Shown: positions 49,499-57,584 of the stretch, one piece after another
Layout: each line of letters starts with the position of its first letter
Numbering within the stretch: position 1 is the first letter of the stretch
NCBI GenBank assembly: GCA_964487735.1
Contig: CAZASJ010000009.1
Location: 388-63,972, forward strand
DNA length: 63,585 bases
Origin: an uncultured Bacteroidales bacterium
GTDB taxonomy: Bacteria; Bacteroidota; Bacteroidia; Bacteroidales; B18-G4
Reading direction: 5' to 3'
The notes under the pieces: generated by a model
Told to the model about the DNA's origin: nothing
The model's input: the letters and a program-made list of their open reading frames with translations, nothing else
Databases searched by the model: none
Translations under genes and position numbers: made by a program

Positions 49499-50779
49499 AT
49501 GAAACATTGCAAAGGGTATTTTCCCTTCCGTTTGATCGGGCTTCTGCTTATAGTGCCTGTATTTTTTACTTTCTGCACCAATCCGCAACAAAAACAACAA
49601 TCCAATACCGCAAATCCCACGGGGGATTGGATCTATCTTTTCAATGGAAACAATGCCGATGCCTGGAAAGGTTTCAAGAGTGATGCATTGCCTGCAGCCT
49701 GGTATGTGGAGGACGGTTTGCTTATCACTTCCGGTGAAGGTGGCGACCTTGGTGGGGATATCATCAGCCGGATGCAATTTGAAGATTTCAGGCTTTCCCT
49801 TGATTGGAAAATATCCCAAGGAGGAAACAGCGGAATTTTCTTTGCTGTAATCGAAGGTAACAACCCTACGGTTTATGCCAGCGGACCGGAATACCAACTC
49901 ATTGATGATATTGGCTTTGAATACCCCCTGGAAGAATGGCAAAAAACGGGCGCTAATTATGCCATGCACAATGCCGATACTTCAACCAAAAAAATCAAGC
50001 CTGCCGGAGAGTGGAATAATTCTCAAATTGAAGTTAAGGATGGCCATGTCACACATTGGCTGAATGGCGACATCCTTGTGCAATACAGGCTTTGGGACGA
50101 TGACTGGAAACAAAGGCTTGCAGCATCCAAATGGAAGGACTACCCTAACTACGGACTGGCCATTAAAGGCCATATAGGCCTACAGGATCATGGCAACGCC
50201 ATTGCATTTAAAAACATAAAAGTGCTTGACCTGACCGATAAAGGAGAATCTCTTTTCAATGGTAAAGACTTAACAGGATGGACCGTTTATGGTACCGAAA
50301 AATGGTATGTTGAAAATGGTGAACTGGTATGCGAAAGCGGTGAAGAAATGAAATACGGCTATTTCGGTACCGACAAAACATATAAAGACTTTATACTGCG
50401 ACTGAAGTTTCTTCAGGAGGCTGACGGCAATTCGGGTGTTTTTTTCAGATCATCCATCGAAGGCACCCTTATCAGTGGTTGGCAGGTAGAGGTTGCTCCT
50501 CCGGGAAATAATACTGGTGGCATCTACGAATCATACGGACGTGGCTGGTTGGTGGAAATTCCTGAAGAGAAGGAAAACATCCTTATTCCCGCTTCCTGGA
50601 ATGAGCTCATCATCCGGGTGGAGGGCGACAGGGTGATGACATGGCTAAACGGACAATTGATGGCAGATATCAGTGACGAAAAGATCGGTGAGGCCGTTGG
50701 ATCCGTGGCCCTGCAAATACACGACGGAGGTGGAATTAAAGTTAGGTGGAAAGACATTTATTTACGGGAAATAAACTAA
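49499..50779 (+). CDS. Tandem DUF1080 (3-keto-disaccharide hydrolase/lyase) protein
   Basis: Two repeats of LFNG...W...NSGIF/VF...GEW/SWN...LQDHG/LQIH; N-terminal signal. Confidence 0.92.
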   Translation: MKHCKGYFPFRLIGLLLIVPVFFTFCTNPQQKQQSNTANPTGDWIYLFNGNNADAWKGFKSDALPAAWYVEDGLLITSGEGGDLGGDIISRMQFEDFRLSLDWKISQGGNSGIFFAVIEGNNPTVYASGPEYQLIDDIGFEYPLEEWQKTGANYAMHNADTSTKKIKPAGEWNNSQIEVKDGHVTHWLNGDILVQYRLWDDDWKQRLAASKWKDYPNYGLAIKGHIGLQDHGNAIAFKNIKVLDLTDKGESLFNGKDLTGWTVYGTEKWYVENGELVCESGEEMKYGYFGTDKTYKDFILRLKFLQEADGNSGVFFRSSIEGTLISGWQVEVAPPGNNTGGIYESYGRGWLVEIPEEKENILIPASWNELIIRVEGDRVMTWLNGQLMADISDEKIGEAVGSVALQIHDGGGIKVRWKDIYLREIN

Positions 50780-50783
50780 ACAC

Positions 50784-51251
50784 ATGATTTACACTAAAGC
50801 ACAAATAAGCTGGTTGGTCGTCCTCAGGGTAGCCATTGGATGGCATTTCCTGTACGAGGGGCTGGTCAAGCTGATGAACCCAAACTGGAGCAGCGTAGGT
50901 TTCCTGCTGGATTCCGGCGGATTTATGGGCTCATTTTTCCGGTCATTGGCTTCCAATCCTGCAGTTGTTAACATTGTTGACCTTATCAACATCTGGGGAC
51001 TTATTCTTATTGGCCTCGGACTGATACTTGGCCTCCTTTCAAGACCGGCCTGCATATTCGGCATAATCCTTTTGGCGACCTATTATCTGTCACACCCTCC
51101 TTTTCCGGGCCTCCGCTTTGCAGCACCCAATGAAGGAAGCTACCTGATTGTGAACAAGAACTTAATCGAACTCATTGCACTTGCGGTTCTGCTTGTTTTT
51201 CCGAGCAGCAGATACATCGGTATCGACCGCTTTATTTTTAAAAGAAAATGA
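50784..51251 (+). CDS. DoxX family membrane protein
   Basis: LRVAIGWHFLYEGLVK, GLILGLL, VNKNLIE. Confidence 0.9.
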   Translation: MIYTKAQISWLVVLRVAIGWHFLYEGLVKLMNPNWSSVGFLLDSGGFMGSFFRSLASNPAVVNIVDLINIWGLILIGLGLILGLLSRPACIFGIILLATYYLSHPPFPGLRFAAPNEGSYLIVNKNLIELIALAVLLVFPSSRYIGIDRFIFKRK

Positions 51252-52777
51252 ACAGAAGAGACCTGATAAAAGGACTGGCCACCGTTCCTGTTTTAGGAGC
51301 ATTTGCTGTTGCCTGGTATAAAAAGCGTTCGTACGACCGCTACCTGAAAAACAATATTCTTGAAGAAATAAAATTAAAAGCCACCCCGCCTGAGATTCCA
51401 CTCAGCGGGCCCATGGACAAAACCATCCGCCTGGGGATCATAGGGTATGGCATCCGCGGCAAACACCTTGCACGTGCAGCAGGCTTTGCCCATCCGGAGC
51501 TTATTGACAATTGGGTGGAAGGCGCCTCGAACAATCCTTCGGATAACCGCTATCGCCAATACCTCGAACAGGAAGACCTTAACGTTGAATTAAACGGTGT
51601 TTGCGACATCTTCGACACTTATGGCCGTATGGCACAGGAAGCCGGAGCCAATATTAACAGAGAGGGAAGCAATGGCAAGATGGGAAGTGCACCCAAAAGG
51701 TATGATAACCATCTCGACCTTATCAATGCCAGTGACATTGATGCTGTGATCATTGCCACTCCCGACCACTGGCATGGCCCCATGGCCATTGCTGCTGCAA
51801 AGGCCGGAAAACATGTTTATGTGGAAAAACCCATGACATGGACGGTGGAAGAAACATACGAGCTTAGAAGTGCCGTAAAGGATAACAACATTGTTTTCCA
51901 GTTGGGCCACCAGGGGCGGCAAACCGAAAGCTATTTTAAAGCCAAAGAAGCGATCGAACAAGGCCTGTTGGGAAAAGTGACCTTAATTGAGGTTACCACC
52001 AACAGAAACGACCCGAATGGGGCCTGGGTATACCCAATTCATGAGGATGCCAATGAAAATACCATCGATTGGCAACAATTTATCGGGCCTGCCCCCGATC
52101 ATCCCTTCAGCCTGGAACGATTTTTCCGCTGGAGATGCTGGTGGGATTACAGTACCGGACTGTCGGGCGACCTGCTCACCCATGAGTATGATGCCATAAA
52201 CCAGATCCTTGACCTGGGGATCCCAAAATCGGCAGTCTCCAGTGGCGGAATATACTATTTTAAGGATGGACGTACCGTACCGGATGTGTTACACACTGTA
52301 TACGAATATCCCGACAGGGACTTAAGCATGGTTTATAGCGCAACACTGGCCAGCAATCGCAAGCGTGGCCGGGTAATTATGGGACATGATGCCTCCATGG
52401 AGCTGGGAAACGATCTTGTGATTAAAGCGGATAAGCGCTCAACACGTTACAAGCAAAAGATCAAAGACGGTATCATTGATCCCGACCTGCCCCTTTTTGT
52501 GTACTCTCCGGGAATGAAAAACGTTGATGCTGTTACATCCCCAACCGAGCAGTATTTCGCCGGCAGGGGGCTTCTATACACTTACCGGGGTGGAAAATGG
52601 CTTGACCCGACACACCTCCACATAAAAGAATGGCTGAATTGCATCCGTAACGGCGGGAATACCAGTTGCAACATTGATCAGGGCTTTGAGGAAGCCATGA
52701 CTGCACATATGGGCACCATTGCCTATAAAGAAAACCGACGGGTTTTCTGGGATGCCGAGAATGAAAGAATCGTATAA
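51248..52777 (+). CDS. Gfo/Idh/MocA oxidoreductase with Tat-like signal
   Basis: NRRDLIK; GIIGYGIRG; IATPDHWH; EKP; HEYD. Confidence 0.92.
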   Translation: MNRRDLIKGLATVPVLGAFAVAWYKKRSYDRYLKNNILEEIKLKATPPEIPLSGPMDKTIRLGIIGYGIRGKHLARAAGFAHPELIDNWVEGASNNPSDNRYRQYLEQEDLNVELNGVCDIFDTYGRMAQEAGANINREGSNGKMGSAPKRYDNHLDLINASDIDAVIIATPDHWHGPMAIAAAKAGKHVYVEKPMTWTVEETYELRSAVKDNNIVFQLGHQGRQTESYFKAKEAIEQGLLGKVTLIEVTTNRNDPNGAWVYPIHEDANENTIDWQQFIGPAPDHPFSLERFFRWRCWWDYSTGLSGDLLTHEYDAINQILDLGIPKSAVSSGGIYYFKDGRTVPDVLHTVYEYPDRDLSMVYSATLASNRKRGRVIMGHDASMELGNDLVIKADKRSTRYKQKIKDGIIDPDLPLFVYSPGMKNVDAVTSPTEQYFAGRGLLYTYRGGKWLDPTHLHIKEWLNCIRNGGNTSCNIDQGFEEAMTAHMGTIAYKENRRVFWDAENERIV

Positions 52778-52792
52778 TATCATCGAATACCC

Positions 52793-53647
52793 ATGCCTAT
52801 GAAACGCCGTACTTTTATCAAAACAACATCGGCAGGCTTGCTTGCCGGAGCATTATTGCCGGGCAATGTATTTGCCTCTCCTCCCATTTCCAGCCAGATA
52901 GGGCTGCAATTATACAGTCTCAGGGATCAGCTCAAGCAAGACCTGGCGGGAAGCCTGAAGAAAATTGCTGATATAGGCTATAAAAACCTTGAAGCTGCCG
53001 GCTACAGCAAAGGTACTTTTTATGGATTGAAACCCCTTGAGTTTAAAAGAATGGTTGAAGACCTGGGCATGAAACTTATCAGCTCACACACCACCTTTAA
53101 GAAAGATGATGTTGGTCAGGTTTTATCCGCACATAAGGAAGCCGGCATAAAATATCTTGTATGGCCATGGTTGGCCCGGGAAAAAAGGGAAAGCGCAGAT
53201 ACTTATAAGATCGTTGCCGAACAATTTAATGAGATCGGCGCAATGTGCAATCAAAATGCGCTTCGTTTTGGATATCATAATCATGATTTTGAATTCAATA
53301 CTGTTGACAATATCATTCCATATGACCTCCTGCTTAATTCAACGGATCCCGAATTGGTATTTATGCAACTCGATCTTTATTGGATCACCTATGCCGGTAG
53401 AGACCCAATCGAATATTTTCAAAAATATCCAGGCAGGTTTAAATTATGGCATGTCAAGGACATGACCGCAGGAACAGAAAAAGAAATGACAGAAGTAGGA
53501 AGCGGCGTGATCGACTATAAAAATCTATTCAAATACGCTTCAAAAGCAGGAATGAAAGAGTTTTTTGTGGAGCAGGATGTGATCCAGGGAGATGGCTTTG
53601 AAAGTGTGAAAAAGAGCTTCAATCATCTTAAGACAATTGTTAAATGA
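52793..53647 (+). CDS. Sugar-phosphate isomerase/epimerase family TIM barrel, Tat-exported
   Basis: KRRTFIK; GLQLYSLR; YHNHDFEF; QLDLYW; HVKD; VEQD. Confidence 0.92.
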   Translation: MPMKRRTFIKTTSAGLLAGALLPGNVFASPPISSQIGLQLYSLRDQLKQDLAGSLKKIADIGYKNLEAAGYSKGTFYGLKPLEFKRMVEDLGMKLISSHTTFKKDDVGQVLSAHKEAGIKYLVWPWLAREKRESADTYKIVAEQFNEIGAMCNQNALRFGYHNHDFEFNTVDNIIPYDLLLNSTDPELVFMQLDLYWITYAGRDPIEYFQKYPGRFKLWHVKDMTAGTEKEMTEVGSGVIDYKNLFKYASKAGMKEFFVEQDVIQGDGFESVKKSFNHLKTIVK

Positions 53648-54681
53648 ATATGCTGATCAATACCGGAATCATTGGTTTTGGCTTATCGGGAAAAGTATTT
53701 CATACACCCTTTATTCATACCCATCCCGCTTTTCATTTATCAGCAATCGTTGAGCGAAACAGAAAAGATTCTCAAAAGACCTATCCCGATATTCGTGTTT
53801 ATCAGGACCATCATGAATTGCTTGCCGACAAAAGCATTGACCTTATTGTAGTAGCCACTCCCAATATCCATCACTACTCCATGGTGAAAGAAAGCCTGCT
53901 TACCGGTAAACATGTGATTGTTGAAAAACCTTTTGTACCCAGCAGCAGCGAGGCTGATGAACTGATCATTCTTTCAGAAAAAACCGCTAAGAAAATATTT
54001 GTTTATCAAAACCGTCGCTGGGACGGAGACTTCCTGACCATTCAAAAGCTTATTTCAGAAAATCGTTTAGGGGCCATTTCGCATTATGAAGCGCACTTTG
54101 ATCGCTTCAGTCCTGCATTAAAACCAAATGCCTGGCGGGATAAAGACATCCCGGGCGGGGGGATCCTTTTCGACCTGGGGGCACACCTTATTGACCAGGT
54201 CCTGGTATTGTTTGGCTTACCACAAAAAATAAAGGCTGTCATTCAATCCGAAAGGCCGGGAAGCATTGTCGACGATTGCTTTGCCCTCAGCATGTACTAT
54301 CCGGAAAAAACGGTACTTCTTAAAGCAGGTATGCTGGTTGAAAAGGAAGGCCCTCGCTTCATTATCAAGGGTCAAAAAGGAACATTTACCAAATATGGGA
54401 TCGACCCACAGGAAGCGGCACTAAAGAAGGGGGAACTACCTCATGGTGACAACTGGGGCTCAGACGATGCCGCTCATTTCGGTACAATTAAAACCGAAAA
54501 GACCAGCAGTCCTGTTCCAACAGAAAAGGGGAACTACATGGGCTTCTACGACAATGTTTATGATGTTTTGTTCAAAAATAAACCGCAGGCTGTATCCCCT
54601 GAAGAAGGCAGAGATGTTATCTTTATCATTGAAAAGGCATTTGAAAGCAATCGGCAAGGCAAAATCATTGAAATCAAATAA
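53644..54681 (+). CDS. Gfo/Idh/MocA oxidoreductase, cytoplasmic (YdgJ/IolW-like)
   Basis: GIIGFGLSG...FH, VEKP, QNRRWD, DLGAHLID; no signal peptide. Confidence 0.9.
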   Translation: MNMLINTGIIGFGLSGKVFHTPFIHTHPAFHLSAIVERNRKDSQKTYPDIRVYQDHHELLADKSIDLIVVATPNIHHYSMVKESLLTGKHVIVEKPFVPSSSEADELIILSEKTAKKIFVYQNRRWDGDFLTIQKLISENRLGAISHYEAHFDRFSPALKPNAWRDKDIPGGGILFDLGAHLIDQVLVLFGLPQKIKAVIQSERPGSIVDDCFALSMYYPEKTVLLKAGMLVEKEGPRFIIKGQKGTFTKYGIDPQEAALKKGELPHGDNWGSDDAAHFGTIKTEKTSSPVPTEKGNYMGFYDNVYDVLFKNKPQAVSPEEGRDVIFIIEKAFESNRQGKIIEIK

Positions 54682-54703
54682 AACCAACATAAAAGCTGAA
54701 CCT

Positions 54704-56191
54704 ATGGAAAAAGACAAGAAAAGCGGCATCAGTCGCAGGAAGTTCATCGGGAATGTTTCCCTTGCAACAGCAGGCGTAACCATTCTTCCAAGCCATGTAA
54801 TCGGAGGCCTTGGCCATCTCGCGCCAAGCGATAAACTTAACATTGCCGGTATTGGTATCGGAGGTGTTGGAGGCACCAATATCAATAATTGCAGCAGCCA
54901 GAATATTGTTGCTCTTTGCGATGTAGATTGGGACTATTCATCTGATTTAATGGGCAAATACCCCGATGCTAAAAAATACAAGGACTATCGCAAGATGTTT
55001 GACGAAATGGGTGATGATATCGATGCAGTGGTGATTGCTACACCGGATCACACACATGCCATCACAGCAGCCCATGCCATGAAAATGGGTAAGCATGTAT
55101 ATCTTCAAAAACCGCTTACGCATTCCGTTTACGAATCACGGATGATGACAAAACTCGCCAATGAATATGGTGTTGCCACACAGATGGGCAACCAGGGAAA
55201 TTCAGGTGAGGGCATCCGGCAGATCTGTGAGTGGCTATGGAATGATGCCATAGGAGAGATCTCTGAAGCATACGCCTGGACCAACAGGCCGATCTGGCCA
55301 CAAGGCTTAGAGCGCCCCACGGAAACACCTTCACTGCCCCCGACCCTTGACTGGGACTTGTTTATCGGCCCCGCCCCATGGCGCCCGTACAATCCGGTCT
55401 ATCATCCATGGAACTGGCGTGCCTGGTGGGACTATGGCACCGGTGCATTGGGCGATATGGGTTGTCATATCTTCGACCCTGTTTATAAAGCACTCAAGCT
55501 TGGCAATCCTGAATATTTATATGGGAGCTCTACACAGGTAAATACTGAAAGTGCGCCCATCGGCTCCGCCGTACACTACGAATTTCCCGACAGGGGAAAA
55601 CATGACAAGCTAAAGCTTGTACCCGTAAAAGTCAGCTGGTTTGATGGCGGGCTCATGCCACCAAGACCGGCCGAACTTCCTGACGGTGAGATCATGGGCG
55701 ACTGGAGCGGAGGTTGTCTCTTTATTGGAAGCAAAGGAAAGCTTATTTGTGGCGCATATGGCAGAAATCCTAAACTGCTTCCCGAAGAACTGGATAAAGG
55801 CTATAAACGCCCCGAACCAAGCCTGAGAAGGATTGAAGGTGCGATGGAAGGCGGACACGAGGCTGACTGGATCAGGGCCTGTAAAGAAGATCCCGCCACA
55901 CGGGTGGAATGCAGCTCCAATTTTAATTATGCCGGCCCCATGAACGAAGTGGTGGTTATGGGGAACCTGGCCATTCGTCTTCAGGACCTGAAACGCAAGC
56001 TGAAATGGGATGGAGACAATATGAAGATCACAAATATTGGCGATGAAGACGAGATCAGGGTAGTGACATCCGATAAATTTACGGTGATCAATGGGCATCC
56101 GCATTTCGACACTCAATATGCAACCATTAAAGCCAGGCCGGCAGCTGAGGAGTATATCAGGCATACCTATCGCGAAGGCTGGGAACTATAA
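54704..56191 (+). CDS. Gfo/Idh/MocA oxidoreductase with Tat signal
   Basis: SRRKFIG; NIAGIGIGG; ATPDHTH; QKP; GALGDMGCH; start moved to MEKDK at 54704. Confidence 0.93.
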   Translation: MEKDKKSGISRRKFIGNVSLATAGVTILPSHVIGGLGHLAPSDKLNIAGIGIGGVGGTNINNCSSQNIVALCDVDWDYSSDLMGKYPDAKKYKDYRKMFDEMGDDIDAVVIATPDHTHAITAAHAMKMGKHVYLQKPLTHSVYESRMMTKLANEYGVATQMGNQGNSGEGIRQICEWLWNDAIGEISEAYAWTNRPIWPQGLERPTETPSLPPTLDWDLFIGPAPWRPYNPVYHPWNWRAWWDYGTGALGDMGCHIFDPVYKALKLGNPEYLYGSSTQVNTESAPIGSAVHYEFPDRGKHDKLKLVPVKVSWFDGGLMPPRPAELPDGEIMGDWSGGCLFIGSKGKLICGAYGRNPKLLPEELDKGYKRPEPSLRRIEGAMEGGHEADWIRACKEDPATRVECSSNFNYAGPMNEVVVMGNLAIRLQDLKRKLKWDGDNMKITNIGDEDEIRVVTSDKFTVINGHPHFDTQYATIKARPAAEEYIRHTYREGWEL

Positions 56192-56226
56192 GAATATTGA
56201 ATAACGAATAAAGAATAAAGAATAAA
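56192..56226 (+). repeat. Intergenic heptamer tandem repeat (GAATAAA-type, 5 units)
   Basis: GAATATT GAATAAC GAATAAA GAATAAA GAATAAA directly after the stop codon. Confidence 0.8.
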
Positions 56227-56257
56227 GAAATTATTATTAATTATAAAATATTTTGTC

Positions 56258-57043
56258 ATGAAGAAGTATTTCATTTTACTGAGTATGACTTTTATTGCTT
56301 TTCTGGTTTCCTGCAATATGCAGGTGGAGCAAAAGAAAGAAGCACAAGAAGAGGTGGTTGTTAGCCAAACGGTTCAAAAGCCCAACACCCTTAACCAGGA
56401 AGAGTTAGACGATGGTTGGATCCTGATGTTTAACGGGCTCACCACTGATATGTGGCGTTCACATAATGGCGAAATCTTTCCCGGCACAGGCTGGGAGGTT
56501 GTTGATGGTACCCTGCACGTAATCGGTTCCGGCAGGGGAGAGGCCGGGGGCGGAGGCGATATTCTCTTCGACAGGAAATTCAGCAATTTTGAATTATCCC
56601 TTGAATGGAAAGTAGCAGAAGCCGGCAATAGCGGGATCTTTTACCTGGCACAGGAAATTCCGGGCGATCCGGTTTGGAAAAGTGCTCCGGAAATGCAGAT
56701 CCTCGACAATGAAAGGCATCCCGATGCGAAGCTTGGTGTGGATGGCAACAGGGCTGCCGGTTCACTCTATGACCTCATTCCCGGAAGTTTTGATGCCGTG
56801 AAGCCTGCCGGTGAATGGAACCATGCTATGGTGATGGTCTTTAAGGGAACTGTTATTCATACCATGAATGGAGAAACCGTTGTGGAATACCATCTTTGGA
56901 CCGACGATTGGAAAAAAATGGTTGCCAATAGTAAATTCAAGGATTACGAACATTTTGTGAACCCTGCATCCGAAGGCTACATCGTACTTCAGGATCATGG
57001 CGACGATGTTTGGTTCAGGAATATTAAAATACGGGAACTGTAA
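56258..57043 (+). CDS. DUF1080 (3-keto-disaccharide hydrolase/lyase) lipoprotein
   Basis: Lipobox LVSC; NSGIFY; EMQILD; AGSLYD; GEWN; LQDHG. Confidence 0.92.
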   Translation: MKKYFILLSMTFIAFLVSCNMQVEQKKEAQEEVVVSQTVQKPNTLNQEELDDGWILMFNGLTTDMWRSHNGEIFPGTGWEVVDGTLHVIGSGRGEAGGGGDILFDRKFSNFELSLEWKVAEAGNSGIFYLAQEIPGDPVWKSAPEMQILDNERHPDAKLGVDGNRAAGSLYDLIPGSFDAVKPAGEWNHAMVMVFKGTVIHTMNGETVVEYHLWTDDWKKMVANSKFKDYEHFVNPASEGYIVLQDHGDDVWFRNIKIREL

Positions 57044-57236
57044 AAGAAACCATGGGAATAATTATTATGAATCCTTATTAATACTGATGTCCCATAAGTT
57101 ATTCTTAAACTAATCAGCACATATAACCGTATAGGTACCTCCCGTGCTTAAAACACCACCTGTACCGGATGTGCCACCTGTACCGGCTGTGCCGCCTGTA
57201 CTTGCTGTGCCACCTGTGCTTGCTGTGCCCCCACTG
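56800..57236 (+). repeat. 437-bp direct repeat, copy 1
   Basis: Aligns without gaps to 62633-63069 (offset 5833), with substitutions at 56827, 57149, 57169 and 57212. Confidence 0.97.
57110..57236 (-). pseudogene. Orphan duplicated 3' end of the Gly/Thr-tailed propeller gene
   Basis: Encodes GGTASTGGTASTGGTAGTGGTSGTGGVLSTGGTYTVICAD, nearly identical to the end of the 62943-63585 ORF, but lacks its 5' part. Confidence 0.85.
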
Positions 57237-57461
57237 AATAGTGATGAAAACAATTGGAAAAGGCTCATATCACAACATGAGTTAAAAACAATTAATTTGT
57301 TTGCCAAGGAAAATTGGAATTCTATCTTAAAAGAGAAATACGATATAAGTGGATTTCCTCATTATGTTCTTATTGACAAAGACGGGAGTATTATTCAAAA
57401 TAAATGTGTGCATCCAAGCAATGGTGCTGAACAATTAATTAGAACCCATCTGAGCAAGTAA
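57237..57461 (+). pseudogene. C-terminal fragment of a TlpA/thioredoxin-like protein
   Basis: NSDENNWK...KYDISGFPHYVLIDKDGSI is a typical TlpA/redoxin tail; no CxxC region, the 5' part is replaced by repeat copy 1. Confidence 0.7.
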
Positions 57462-57584
57462 TAGCTGGTGAATAGTAGATCTCAGCTAGGTTTAACTTTT
57501 GGAATTTGTGAAACCCTAAGATGACGTATATCGTAATTTAGCATCTTTAGAGCCTTTTTAACTCTGAAGGATATATTTGGAGGG

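Noticed and set aside
54443-54703. 87-aa N-terminal extension of the 582-aa ORF
   Set aside because: It overlaps the upstream oxidoreductase by about 240 nt; the Tat signal begins at ATG 54704.
57144-57461. Genuine 105-aa Pro-rich protein
   Set aside because: Its first 31 codons are the antisense reading of the GGT repeats in repeat copy 1; it is a junction product.
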